A stretch of 64,000 bases of DNA from a virus (IMGVR_UViG_2799112923_000001), one strand, 5' to 3'. Shown: positions 31,470 through 44,367, counted from the first letter of the stretch. Translations and numbers: made by a program. The notes: a model not told the origin generated them from the sequence alone.

Positions 31470-32857
31470 TGGATATTATTAAAGAAATAGTTATGATATT
31501 ATTGTTGGTTGGTGTTTTAGGCACACTATTTAATTTGTTTGCCGGCGCCGAGTTGGAAGGATATTTCAGCGAAAAAGTTGTTTTTGTAATAATTGGTATT
31601 TTGTATGTGTTGGAAATCGTCGGTTGCCATTATATGTTTAAATGGGACCGAGAGTCAGCAGAAGAAAGACGAAGAACTGCTTATGTTATTCACATTGAAC
31701 CAGATGGCGAAACATGTGAAGGACGATATTATTCGGGTAAGAATAGCCCTATAACAGTTAAATGTTTAGATGGCAGAACATATATAGCACAATCTATACA
31801 AGTTATTAAAGAAATTAAACTCAAACATCCAGTAAAATAAGGAGATAAAATTATGATGATGATGGAAGATAAGTATTTTCGTCACTATCCCGATTCGGAC
31901 AGTTATAACCCAAAGGATGTTAAGAATCCTGAAGCCATTGGCGAATGGTTGTTAGCATATAATAAGATTTATGAATTGTGTGAAAAGTATGGTTGTAAAG
32001 CCTGGGGTAATACTGACCTCGGTGGAAAACTCAACCCAATTCTCACACCTGATGAAATGCGAACAAAGTTATACAAACAGTTTGATAATGGTGAAGATTT
32101 TTGTGAATTTATCGGACCCACCATTGATAATTTTAACTATTTTGACCCAACACTAACAAAGTATGCTTCTAATGGTCCTTGTTTGAAGATTTGGGTTGGT
32201 ACACGAAACAAGAACCAGATCAGATTAAAGAAACCAATTATCGTTACTAAATTTGAAATGCCAGGTTATACAATCCCCGATTTTTCTGTAAACATTGATA
32301 AAGAATGCGGTGATGAAGCCATTGATGGCATTATGGTTCCAGTCGCAACATGCCCAACTAACTATCACTATTGGGAAAACAAGGAATGGAATTTTGACGA
32401 ATTCAGTTCCGAAATTGATAAGTTTGATGCGTTTATGGAATTGAACAAGAAAGAATATGAACCAGTTCTGTTGGAATTGAGAAAGAAGATTTTAGCAGGT
32501 GGTGATATTGAAGTTCTTTGTAAAGAAGTAAATGACAAATACAATCTAGGATGGCAAATTGGTAGCATGTTCTAATATCTTTAACCAGGTCGCACAAGAT
32601 TTTGGTTTAACTATAACTGTTCACGAGGACAGTAGTGTAGGGAAGTTTCAAAATTTTCCTGGGTTCGTAATTGCTAGTAATTTCAAAGACGGAAGTATCT
32701 TATCTGCGATGGCATTCAATGAGAAAGAAAAATGTTTTTGGGGAGCCGAAGCATATTACGATGAAACTAAACTTCGTGAACATGTAGCCAAACTAATTCA
32801 ACTGGCAAAGAACTCAATTATTGAGCATAAACTGGATAATATAAAAGAGGATTTCAA

Positions 32858-33271
32858 ATGTTTGGCTTCTTTAAAAAACGAAACCCAAAACCAAAACTAA
32901 CACCTGAAATAGTAAAGAATTTTAAAGAACAACTTTCTAAGTTGGATGGTGTATATTTAGGAACAGACTATGACCCTGACGATTATAATATATGCGAAGG
33001 GTTATTGTTCTTTTCTTTATACGAAAAATTTTATATAGATGTAGAACCTGTATCTAATTATTCCGACATTTCAGGTATTAAAGATTATAATGGGTGGGTT
33101 TTTAAATTGTGTAAAGGTGCTTATGTTTACAGAATTTATACGAATATATCTGATGTGATTAGAGAATATGATACATTCCATGACATAACTGCGATTGACC
33201 CATACGATTTAGAGATAAAACAACACAAATTGGAAGATAAACTGAACCAAATCCAACAAGATTTTGAGTAA
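32858..33271 (+). CDS. DF-tail family protein
   Basis: Ends QIQQDFE. Confidence 0.7.
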   Translation: MFGFFKKRNPKPKLTPEIVKNFKEQLSKLDGVYLGTDYDPDDYNICEGLLFFSLYEKFYIDVEPVSNYSDISGIKDYNGWVFKLCKGAYVYRIYTNISDVIREYDTFHDITAIDPYDLEIKQHKLEDKLNQIQQDFE

Positions 33272-33337
33272 TGTAAACATAATTTTACATAAAAACCCAT
33301 AAAATCCATTGACAAACACATTAAAAATTACTATATT
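33272..33337 (+). promoter_or_regulatory. Palindrome + promoter cassette upstream of pncA/nadE
   Basis: Palindrome 33272-33289; TTGACA 33309; TATATT 33332. Confidence 0.85.
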
Positions 33338-33377
33338 AACAATACAAAAAGAAAAACAATTTAACAAGGAGTTAAAA

Positions 33378-33917
33378 ATGGCCCGACAGATTATTGGTGT
33401 TGACAATCAAATTGATTTTGAAACTGGAGCACTTCCTAACCCTAAGTTTGTAGAAACTTTGGAGTATCGTGTAAATCTCTGTAAGAACGCAGAACGCCCG
33501 GTGGTTCTCACTGCCGACACTCACACAGAAGAATATATGGAAACTCTTGAAGGTAAGAAGCTCCCGGTTCCCCATTGTATCAAGGGAACAGAAGGTTGGA
33601 AGCAGACCCAGGCAATTCTCAACGCATGTAAGAATCCAATTATTGTAGAAAAGACTACATTTGGTTATGACAAGTGGAAGGAAATTTTTGGTCTAGCTGA
33701 AGACATTGACGAATTTTACATTTTCGGTACTGTAATGCCAATTTGCCCATTTGCTCAGGCTATCGGATTGCGTATGGCATATCCAAATAAGCGAATCATC
33801 GTGGATTTCGCTGGTTGCGGTTTTATGGGAAACACTCCCGAAGAAATTGAGTTCTGTAAGAAGGCAACCAAGTATGTTCTTACTATGCAGCAGATTGATG
33901 TAATCAACGCGGACTAA
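33378..33917 (+). CDS. pncA: Nicotinamidase (isochorismatase family)
   Basis: VD.Q.DF..G.L, DTH, PHCI.GT.GW, K.TFG, G....IC catalytic pattern; AAGGAG RBS. Confidence 0.8.
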   Translation: MARQIIGVDNQIDFETGALPNPKFVETLEYRVNLCKNAERPVVLTADTHTEEYMETLEGKKLPVPHCIKGTEGWKQTQAILNACKNPIIVEKTTFGYDKWKEIFGLAEDIDEFYIFGTVMPICPFAQAIGLRMAYPNKRIIVDFAGCGFMGNTPEEIEFCKKATKYVLTMQQIDVINAD

Positions 33918-34237
33918 AAGAATGTACGAAAAGATTAATGTAAATGCGATTTATCCCCAGTATTCCGAACTGACCTCTTGGAATGGCGAAAAGCGAAAGA
34001 TGTTAGTTTGGGATAACATGGGTGGTGAACCCAAGGTAGCATTTGTAACAAATTATGTTGCTGGCATTTGGGTAACCAAGGAACAAGTGGGATATTTCCA
34101 CGCCGCAGAAATTCCACAGGGATAGAATGAAAATAATCATTGGAATTATTTTATTACTAATCGTTTGTTTTCTAACCGCTATTAAGAACGCAGACGATAA
34201 CGCAAACAACCACAAAGAATAAAAAGGAAAAACAACT

Positions 34238-35002
34238 ATGAACAAAATCACTACTGATGCAATTGAATGGATTAAGAACTACTTCAAGACTACCAATGGT
34301 CGCAAGGCCGTAATTGGTATCTCGGGTGGTAAGGACTCTACCGTGGTAGCAGCTCTTTGTGCCAAGGCACTCGGAGCGGAAAATGTTGTTGGTGTTCTCA
34401 TGCCAAATGGTGTTCAGTCCGATATTGCTGATTCCGAATTGGTTGTAAAGACCCTCGGAATTGAGAGTTTGGTTGTAAACATTCAGTATGCTTACATGAA
34501 CCTGGTAAACCAGATCAACGAAAAGCATATTTCTAGCCAGGCCCAAATCAATATGCCTCCCCGTCTCCGTATGACAGTTCTCTATGGTGTGGCACAGAAC
34601 ATTGGCGGTCGTGTTGCTAACACTTGCAATCTCTCCGAAGATACTGTGGGTTACGCAACTCTCTATGGTGATAGCGCTGGTGACTTCTCTCCACTCGCTC
34701 GTTTGACTACTGAAGAAATCGTTGCCATTGGTGATGACCTTGGTTTGCCATACGAACTTGTTCATAAGACTCCGAGTGATGGTCTTTGTGGTAAGACCGA
34801 TGAAGATAATCTCGGCTGCACCTACCACGAAATCAATGAACTTATCCGTAAGGGAGTCAAGGGTCCGAACTACGATTTGATTATCAAGAAGTACAAGGCA
34901 AACAAGTTCAAGACGGACATCATTCGTATTCCAGCATTTGAACCAACGAATCCTCTTCTTCCCAACTACATTCACGAAATGGATAACGCAGGAGCCCTCT
35001 AA
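34238..35002 (+). CDS. nadE: NH3-dependent NAD+ synthetase
   Basis: GISGGKDS, GVLMP, N..PRLRM..LY, T.N.SE..GY.TLYGD, K.PSDGL..KTDE..LG. Confidence 0.93.
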   Translation: MNKITTDAIEWIKNYFKTTNGRKAVIGISGGKDSTVVAALCAKALGAENVVGVLMPNGVQSDIADSELVVKTLGIESLVVNIQYAYMNLVNQINEKHISSQAQINMPPRLRMTVLYGVAQNIGGRVANTCNLSEDTVGYATLYGDSAGDFSPLARLTTEEIVAIGDDLGLPYELVHKTPSDGLCGKTDEDNLGCTYHEINELIRKGVKGPNYDLIIKKYKANKFKTDIIRIPAFEPTNPLLPNYIHEMDNAGAL

Positions 35003-36565
35003 TGAATACAAATGAACTAATTGCTATGGCATCAAAGTACAAGAACTTCAACGATTTTGTTCGGGCTTATGCCGAATCAAAGAAGGGGTAAACTATGTTT
35101 CTCATTAAACTTGCATTCTTAATTAACCAAGCTGGTTTCGCAGCTTTCATGTTCTTGTTTGGAATTGCCCTCTATGTAGGAAAATTTCTGTACAAGACTG
35201 TACTAACACCTGTTCTTTGGGTATTGTGGCAGGGTGCTAAACTAATGCCAGAAGAAAAGGCCGACCCAAATCCACATGCTCTTGAAAAGATGGGAAATGC
35301 TTTTGCCAAGGGTGTATGTGGTGTAATGGATGGTGTAATCTTTAAGACAAAAGAACTGGAATGTGAAAAGTGGCTTAAAGAACACCCGGAGTTTAAGTAA
35401 TGGCATTAAAAGTATCACCAAAGGACACAATAAGTCCCAGATGGAAAGCCAATGAAATTTTCCATTGGTTTCGCCCAAACGAAATTGAATTATATTTCGT
35501 TTGTGGTAAATGTGGTACTACAACTAAAGTAATTTTCAACAAAAACATTCTACCGAATATCAATGGTAATTGTTTGAAATTTGCTTGTGAATCGTGCCGA
35601 GAATCAAACGCAGTAAACATTTGTTTATTAGAGGAGTAAAACTATGGAAGAAGTAATTGGATCTGGATATGAACAGGAATCAATTTCCGAACAGGTAAAG
35701 AATAAGGTCAAAGAAATCAAGAACTCAAAGGTCTATAAGGACATTTTCTCTCACCCAATTACGGGTTGTTATGAACACCAGGACGAAAACGGAAATTGGG
35801 TAGAAGGTCCGGCACTCGGTCACAGCTATCATGGTGGCTATGACGAATATCACGAACAACATAAATCCAAGCTTGAAAAGTGGCTTGAAGAAAAGGGGGT
35901 TCTCTAATGAATTGGTTAGTTAAGAGAATTCTGTTTATTCTTGTAATGTGTATTGGTGGTATTTCACTAGCCAACTGGCTTTATGGTCCTGTATCAAATG
36001 GATTCGCATTTGTTTATGGAATGATAGTCGGTGTTGCCGGTGCTATTCTATTCCCAAGAGAAGAAGAGGCGGATGAATAAATGGCGAAGGATAAGTACGA
36101 TAAGAAAGAAATTATCAAGCAGTTAAGAAATCTCGTTGCCAGCGACTCAGTCAAGTATGATGCTACTAGATTGGCTAAGGTAGAAAACGAAATTAACCAA
36201 ATGAACGATGACCAGATTAATCGTGCGTTGTTGTTAGCTGAGTTTCAATCTGCCCTAGTCCGAGAAAATTATTTTGACTGGACACCGGAAGAACTTAATG
36301 TAATCCAAGCTGCCATTGAATCATGTGGCATTAAGATTAACGAAGTCAAGAAAATGGACAAAGAAGATGGCCGAGACGATTATGCGTTTGTTCTTGATGA
36401 CGATTTGAAAGTTGTATGGGTGAACAAAATGAACCCATTCATCAAATCTGGTATATATAATCTATTGGGTGTTGGGTTGAATTTCCCTTGTAATAACTAC
36501 CAAACAGTAGAAGAACTTGGGTCAGCCGTAGTTGAAACAATTAAAAAAGTAAGAGAGTACATGTA

Positions 36566-36802
36566 ATGAAAAAGTTATTTTTTGTATTAGCAGTTTTAGT
36601 TTCATTTTCATTTGGTGGAGAAAAAACAATCTTTGAAGTTTGTAATGACAAATTCTGTTATGAACAAATTTTAGAGAATGTGAAAAACTATGAGTGGAAG
36701 ACTGATTATACAGGAAAGAAATTTCTTCGTGTGTATTTCTATGACAAACGATTGCTTGACATTAAGGGCGAAAACTTAACAATCAAGAAGAAAAAGAAAT
36801 AA
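36566..36802 (+). CDS. Small secreted protein
   Basis: Signal peptide MKKLFFVLAVLVSFSFG. Confidence 0.6.
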   Translation: MKKLFFVLAVLVSFSFGGEKTIFEVCNDKFCYEQILENVKNYEWKTDYTGKKFLRVYFYDKRLLDIKGENLTIKKKKK

Positions 36803-36817
36803 AAAAGGAACTGAACT

Positions 36818-37198
36818 ATGAATAGATTACTTGAATTATTTGAATCAAGACCAAATATGTTTAGACGATTGGCAAAGGGAACTGACCTATCAATCACCAA
36901 TTATACTTCAGCTTCTTATGCTAATGCGTTTCACAAAGATAGAGCAACTGCAATTATCCAAATGAAATCTAAACCATTTTTCTTTGGTATGTTTACAGAA
37001 TACACAGTTCAAATGCCTAAACATTTGAAATTGTGCCAGTTTAAAGATAGCAAAGAATGGTACATTGGATATGATAATGATATGAAAAACATTATTACAT
37101 ATTCCGAGGGAAAAGAACATTTGCGTAAATTGATTGCTGAATACAAAAATCTTAAACACGAACTGAGTGCCAAAGATTTTGAATCCGATTTTATTTAA
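36818..37198 (+). CDS. DF-tail family protein
   Basis: Ends KDFESDFI. Confidence 0.7.
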   Translation: MNRLLELFESRPNMFRRLAKGTDLSITNYTSASYANAFHKDRATAIIQMKSKPFFFGMFTEYTVQMPKHLKLCQFKDSKEWYIGYDNDMKNIITYSEGKEHLRKLIAEYKNLKHELSAKDFESDFI

Positions 37199-37200
37199 GA

Positions 37201-37257
37201 TGTAAATTTTTATTTACATCTTTTTTAATTGCCAAGTTTCTGTTAGTTTATTATATT
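37201..37257 (+). promoter_or_regulatory. Palindrome + promoter cassette (10 nt gap variant)
   Basis: Palindrome 37201-37218; TTGCCA 37229; TATATT 37252. Confidence 0.7.
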
Positions 37258-37805
37258 TGGTTGGTAAACAATGGAGGCAACTATGGATGGAATTTTTGAA
37301 TATCTTGACGAACTAATTAAACAAACACAGTCGCAGGAATTTGTTAGAAAACACCATTTTTATCTTGATGGTGAAAATGACAGTTATGATGGATATAATT
37401 ATGGTGTAACGGCAGTTCACCAAGTTGGTAATGGTAAAAGAATTAAATATCCAATTTTCATTTGCTACACAGACTGCTATGATATTGACGATAAATTTGA
37501 ATTAAATCAGTATGAATATATTAACGATTTAAATTTATTCGTAAATAAGGGAACATTAGAATTTGAAAATGGAATTGGTGAACAGGAAATGACATTCCAA
37601 AAAGCAAAGAAATTTATTGATGCTCAGGTCCAACAGTTCTATTTGATTTCCAAATATCAAAAGATGAATGGTGAAATTGACAAGATTAACCAAGAATTTA
37701 GGGATTAACATAAGTTCTAAAACAAACTTTTTCAATGAAATATGGGTTGCTTTTGCGACCATATTTCTTATATTATAACAAAACAAAAAACTAAGGAGAA
37801 TACTA

Positions 37806-39140
37806 ATGGATAAGAAAACTTTCGGTTCAAATTATATTAACTACATTTCCGCAAATAAGACTGAACGAGAATGTGTTAGTGACGCAGTTGTTAAGGCTCG
37901 TTTTAATGGTTTCTTGACTATGAAGGAAATCAAGGCACATCATAACGATTTGCGTGTTGGTGATAAAGTTTATTTTGTAAACAAAGACAAGAATTTCGCG
38001 GCTTTTATTATTGGTAAGGGATTTGGCACCAGTGGTATTAATTTGCTCGGCGCCCATGTAGATAGCCCAAGATTGGATTTAAAGACCCAGCCACTCTATG
38101 AAGATGGTGATGTGGCTTATTTTGATACTCAGTATTATGGTGGAATTAAGAAGTATCAGTGGGTAACTCGCCCATTGGCAATTCATGGTAAGGTTTGTTT
38201 TACCGACGGTTCTAGTTTGAATGTAGTAATTGGCGAAGACCAAGCTGACCCAATTTTCTGTATTAGTGATTTGCTTCCACATCTTGACAAGAAACTTGCT
38301 GAAAAGAAGGCTAGTGATTTTATCTCTGGTGAAAAGTTGGATTTGATTGCAGCAACAGAAGCATTGGATACTGAAGACGAAAAGGAAAAGGTTAAGAAGA
38401 ATGTAATCGCATTACTCAAACAGAAATACGATGATAGATTTGAAGAAACTGATTTTCTTTCTGCTGAATTGGAAGTAGTTCCAGCCGGTCCTGCTCGTTG
38501 GTGTGGTTTGGATAAATCTTTGATTGCTGGCTATGGTCAGGATGACAGAGTTTGTGCCTATACTTCTCTTATGGCTCTAATGGATATGAAAGAAGTTCCC
38601 GAAAGAACTTGTGGTTGTGTTCTCGTAGATAAGGAAGAAGTTGGTTCTATTTGTGCTACTGGTTCCGAATCTCGTTGGTTGGAAGATGTTTTGTACTGCG
38701 TAAGTGGTGCTACAAACAGAATGAGTTTTGCTACTATGTTGTACGAAACTGACATGCTTTCTAGTGATGTAACTGCCGCTTATGACCCACAGTTTGGTGA
38801 TGTTTCTAACAAGGGTATGAGTGCTAAACTCAATGGTGGTTTCGTTCTTTCCAAGTACAATGGTGGTCGCGGTAAGGGTGGTGGAGCAGATGCTAACCCA
38901 GAGTTCATCGCAAAGGTTCGTAACATTCTCAACACCGCAAATGTTAAGTATCAATTTGATACTATGGGCAAGGTAGATGTTGGTGGTGGTGGAACTATTG
39001 CCTCTATCGTTTGCCGTTTGAACATTAATGTAATGGATGCTGGTGTTCCAGTTCTCAACATGCACAGTCCAATGGAACTCACTGCCGTTGAAGATGTTTA
39101 TGACGCATATCTCGGCTATTGTGCTTTCTTGAGGCACTAG
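37806..39140 (+). CDS. M18 family aminopeptidase
   Basis: KTERE, GAHVDSPRLDLK, YYGGIKKYQW, GQDDRVC, DKEEVGS, SSDV, MHSP.E. Confidence 0.92.
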   Translation: MDKKTFGSNYINYISANKTERECVSDAVVKARFNGFLTMKEIKAHHNDLRVGDKVYFVNKDKNFAAFIIGKGFGTSGINLLGAHVDSPRLDLKTQPLYEDGDVAYFDTQYYGGIKKYQWVTRPLAIHGKVCFTDGSSLNVVIGEDQADPIFCISDLLPHLDKKLAEKKASDFISGEKLDLIAATEALDTEDEKEKVKKNVIALLKQKYDDRFEETDFLSAELEVVPAGPARWCGLDKSLIAGYGQDDRVCAYTSLMALMDMKEVPERTCGCVLVDKEEVGSICATGSESRWLEDVLYCVSGATNRMSFATMLYETDMLSSDVTAAYDPQFGDVSNKGMSAKLNGGFVLSKYNGGRGKGGGADANPEFIAKVRNILNTANVKYQFDTMGKVDVGGGGTIASIVCRLNINVMDAGVPVLNMHSPMELTAVEDVYDAYLGYCAFLRH

Positions 39141-39651
39141 GAGTGAATATGAAAGAATTCACAGGACATGATTTAACAGAAGAAGATTACATTTCTTTGT
39201 ATGGAATGACAAGAAAAGAACTGTATGAAGAATTGTACTGGAATCAAGAACACCATAAATCTCAAATGGAAAAAGTTGAAAAGCAAAAATCTGCTTGGGA
39301 TGAATTATATGGTGGCGACCATGTAATGTGTGGTAATAGTTGGGACCCGTGGAATCGTATGGGTATTTCCTGGAAACTCTATAACCAGTATAAGACTGAA
39401 CGTGGCTATTCTGATGAATTTATTGAAGAAACGATAAAATCATCAAGTTATGAACCACTAAAAACTTTGGCTGAAAGAGTTGAAAAATGGAGGAATCTCT
39501 AATTTTCACCCGAATTTAATGGTTATACATACTAAACAATGGTAATAAAGAAGTTCTAAAAAACAAAATTTTTATTACTATGATTGTTTTATTTGCTATA
39601 TTAGCATATACATAAAACAAATAAATGTAAACCATTAAATGAGGTGAAAAT

Positions 39652-39868
39652 ATGAATGATTACGAAGTAATTGAAGGCGAAGACATCCTTTCCAATTCAT
39701 TGAGAGCAATTAAGCAGTACATTCCACGCAAGTTGGACGAAGCTACAAAGCATGCCCCAACACGGAGATAAGTCTACTCCACAGTATCAGTTGAATGCTG
39801 CATATAACGAAGGTTATAAGAAGGCTCTTGAAGATTTGGCAACATTCATCAAGGCTATGGGTGTTTAA
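39652..39868 (+). pseudogene. Small gene interrupted by a +1 frameshift
   Basis: GAGGTG RBS; frame 0 stops at 39771; +1 frame continues HGDKSTPQYQLNAAYNEGYKKALEDLATFIKAMGV. Confidence 0.55.
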
Positions 39869-39872
39869 GATT

Positions 39873-39961
39873 TGTTTGGCTCAGCCCACAGTCAAACAGG
39901 ATATAATACACGAACGTGGTTATATCTAAACAATGTGGGCATTGTGTTACGAAAGAACACA
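39873..39961 (+). ncRNA. Candidate structured leader RNA upstream of hsp20
   Basis: Three hairpins and a GCCCAC/GTGGGC long-range pairing. Confidence 0.4.
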
Positions 39962-39973
39962 GAGGTTAAATAA

Positions 39974-40456
39974 ATGATTAATACAGGTAATATGTTTGGT
40001 AATGATTTCCAGGCTCTTGAACAGCTAGCAAACGCAGCTTCTCAGGCTTTCGGACAACCATTTCCCGCTACAACTAAACTAATTGAAAAGGCTGCTGCAA
40101 AAGTAGATTTTCCATTGGATGAATACATTGACAAGGACGGCAACTATGTAGCTGAATTAGCAGTAGTTGGTGTAGATGCCAATGACATTAAGGTTACTGT
40201 TAAGACCGAAGGTGGTAAAAAGACATTGACCATCAAGATTGATGCTCCTGAAACCACAGACGAACAGAAGGCCGAAATTGAATCCCGTGATTGGATGAAC
40301 AGAAAGATTAAGAGATTTACTAAACTTGAATTGACACGTTCTCTTGCTAATAATTTGGATGTTGCTAAAACAACAAAGACTATTGACAAGGGATTGTTGA
40401 AGGTCTTTATTCCTATCAAGGAAGAAGAAAAACCCATTGAAATTGAAGTTAAGTAA
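39974..40456 (+). CDS. Small heat-shock protein (Hsp20/alpha-crystallin)
   Basis: FP.D.Y, ELAVVG....I.V, R.I.RF, DKGLLKV.IP. Confidence 0.8.
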   Translation: MINTGNMFGNDFQALEQLANAASQAFGQPFPATTKLIEKAAAKVDFPLDEYIDKDGNYVAELAVVGVDANDIKVTVKTEGGKKTLTIKIDAPETTDEQKAEIESRDWMNRKIKRFTKLELTRSLANNLDVAKTTKTIDKGLLKVFIPIKEEEKPIEIEVK

Positions 40457-40469
40457 ACGATAACAGTAA

Positions 40470-42140
<1,671 letters not shown>

Positions 42141-42168
42141 TTCTCCAGTATTACATTACACAAAAATT

Positions 42169-42209
42169 AAATCCAATGGGTGAACAACTCATTGGATTTT
42201 TTCTATATT
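42169..42209 (+). terminator. Terminator-like hairpin after groEL overlapping a TATATT -10 box
   Basis: AAATCCAATGGGT/ACTCATTGGATTT stem plus T-run; TATATT 42204. Confidence 0.6.
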
Positions 42210-42596
42210 ATGACTATGAATTTGACTAAACAAGACATAGAAACTATTAAAACCCATATTGCTAATGTATTTCCTAAACTGGAATCTCACAAATCAAAAG
42301 GATTTGGTTATGATTATCCATTCAATATGAGTCATACAATTTGGGAATTAGATTTACCTGAACTAAATGATGCTTGGGAACTAATTAGAATTTATGAAGA
42401 TAATACAGTTTGTTTAGATAGAACATTATATCACGGTAAAAAATTCCAATGTGCTAGTTCATGGTCGGATGTTCCATTATATAAAAATCAAGAAGATAAA
42501 CAAACTATTTTAGATTCAATTACACAGTTATCAAAAGATTATAAAAGATTTCAGCTTGAACATAAATTGAAGGAAATCAGACATGACTTTCGCTGA
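42210..42596 (+). CDS. DF-tail family protein
   Basis: Ends EIRHDFR. Confidence 0.7.
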   Translation: MTMNLTKQDIETIKTHIANVFPKLESHKSKGFGYDYPFNMSHTIWELDLPELNDAWELIRIYEDNTVCLDRTLYHGKKFQCASSWSDVPLYKNQEDKQTILDSITQLSKDYKRFQLEHKLKEIRHDFR

Positions 42597-42972
42597 ATTA
42601 CAGAACATTGTTGAACCATACGGGTTTGTAATTCGCAAGAATTTCTCCAGTTCTAAAACTAACAAACATGCTGAACCACAAGCATATATGGCTAGTGTAT
42701 CACTGGAGAAAAGTGAATTTCCGACCTGGATAGATGGCATTAGCATGTCAGTAGAATTTGTTAAAGATGAAATGATTTGTTTTACAGTATACACAAAAGT
42801 ATATAAGAACGAAAGTAATGAATTTTATTTTGATGGTCACGGTAAAATGATTACAGATACTTCAAAAATTAACAAAGAATTTATTGAAGAATGTATGCTT
42901 AAAACATTGGAAAGTTATAATTCATTGAGACTGAATATTAAACTAAAAGAGATTGAATATGATTTCATTTAG
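42583..42972 (+). CDS. DF-tail family protein
   Basis: Starts MTFAELQNIVEPYGF; ends EIEYDFI. Confidence 0.7.
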   Translation: MTFAELQNIVEPYGFVIRKNFSSSKTNKHAEPQAYMASVSLEKSEFPTWIDGISMSVEFVKDEMICFTVYTKVYKNESNEFYFDGHGKMITDTSKINKEFIEECMLKTLESYNSLRLNIKLKEIEYDFI

Positions 42973-43351
42973 TGAATTTAAAGAAATAGCAGATACATTG
43001 GGATTAGAAATAGCTGAAGACGAAAATAATAAAGAATGGAATATGTACATTGATAGTCCATTGTTTGTAGATAGTCATAATCGTGCTATTGATGGTGCTG
43101 TATTAGCATTGAGTTTTAGCAATCAATCTGTATGGCTTTATAATCGTGTTGAAATTGTAGAATATCCTTGGGATAATACACCACATTGGCATTTAGCAGC
43201 AGAAATTGATGATGAAAATTTAAATGGTAAGAAATATGTGAATAAAGAAAAATCTTATTTCATTGAAGAAATAAGAAAGATTATGGTGGATGTAAAAAAC
43301 AAACAAGAAGAAGTTGAACTTGAAAAAATAAAAGGAGATTTCCAATGTTAA
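42959..43351 (+). CDS. DF-tail family protein
   Basis: Starts MISFSEFKEIADTLGL; ends KIKGDFQC. Confidence 0.7.
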   Translation: MISFSEFKEIADTLGLEIAEDENNKEWNMYIDSPLFVDSHNRAIDGAVLALSFSNQSVWLYNRVEIVEYPWDNTPHWHLAAEIDDENLNGKKYVNKEKSYFIEEIRKIMVDVKNKQEEVELEKIKGDFQC

Positions 43352-44301
43352 AATCCCATTATTGCCATACAAGGGAAGAAGTTGTAAGATATTGCAACGA
43401 ACAAAAAATCAAAAAAGAAAACATCGTTTCAATAAATTGGATGGATGCCCAAAAGGGTTTCGCAGTATTTTATTGGGAAGATGCTCAATTATTACAGGAG
43501 TAAACTATGTTTAATTTTAGAAAAAGAGCAAGAAATTATAAAGTCTTTGACGATTTACAGTTGAGATTTTGCCGAGCAACATTCTCAAATGGTAAACCAT
43601 TCACTGACCAATTCAAATTGAAACTTATTGATAACGATAAAGATGCCGACAATATGGAAATCGTTGTTTCAATTACAGGTCAGTTAAAGAATGATTTAAC
43701 TCTAATGGAATTGTTAGTTGATGAATGGTATGATGGTAAGACAAGACCAAAACGATTTGACGAAACAACATACAGCCGAAAGTTAATGTATTATTATGGC
43801 ACCGACAAAGAAATGGCTGATCATTTTTGGTCTGGTATTAAAGAATGGTGTAATAAGGTCGGTAACTTGATTTATACTTACCGAAATCGTTTAGACGAAA
43901 TTGAAGTTCTTAAAAAGAATCGTGTTGAAATTGAATGGAATGAAGAAACTGCTAAATTTATTGTAGCATTAGCACCGATTGATTTTGCTAATTACATTGA
44001 CACCTGTAAGAACACATATAAAGATTTTCTTTATGGTGATGACTACAAAGATTACATTGTAACCAAATTTGCTGAAACAAGAAAAGATATATGCTACGAA
44101 GCAGGTTGTTTGAAATCTTACCCATGCGGTGGATTTAAAGAAATCCATAGTAATGAACCAACAATTTATGTTTACCCATATAATCAGTGGTTGAATGACA
44201 TTTATCTTCCTGACCTAAAACAGAAAGAAAATGACGAAAAGATTAAAGAACTGTTGGATTTGGTGGCAGAAAAGAGAAAAAATATGCCAGAAACAATCTA
44301 A

Positions 44302-44367
44302 TGTAAACATATTTTTACAATAATTTACTAAACATCTATTGACGAAATAGATGTTTTTTTCTATATT
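44302..44367 (+). promoter_or_regulatory. Palindrome + promoter cassette
   Basis: Palindrome 44302-44319; TTGACG 44339 in hairpin AAACATCTATT/AATAGATGTTT; TATATT 44362. Confidence 0.85.

Noticed and set aside
39590-39610. CIRCE operator upstream of the chaperone genes
   Set aside because: Only a short TGCTA/TAGCA repeat; it does not match TTAGCACTC-N9-GAGTGCTAA
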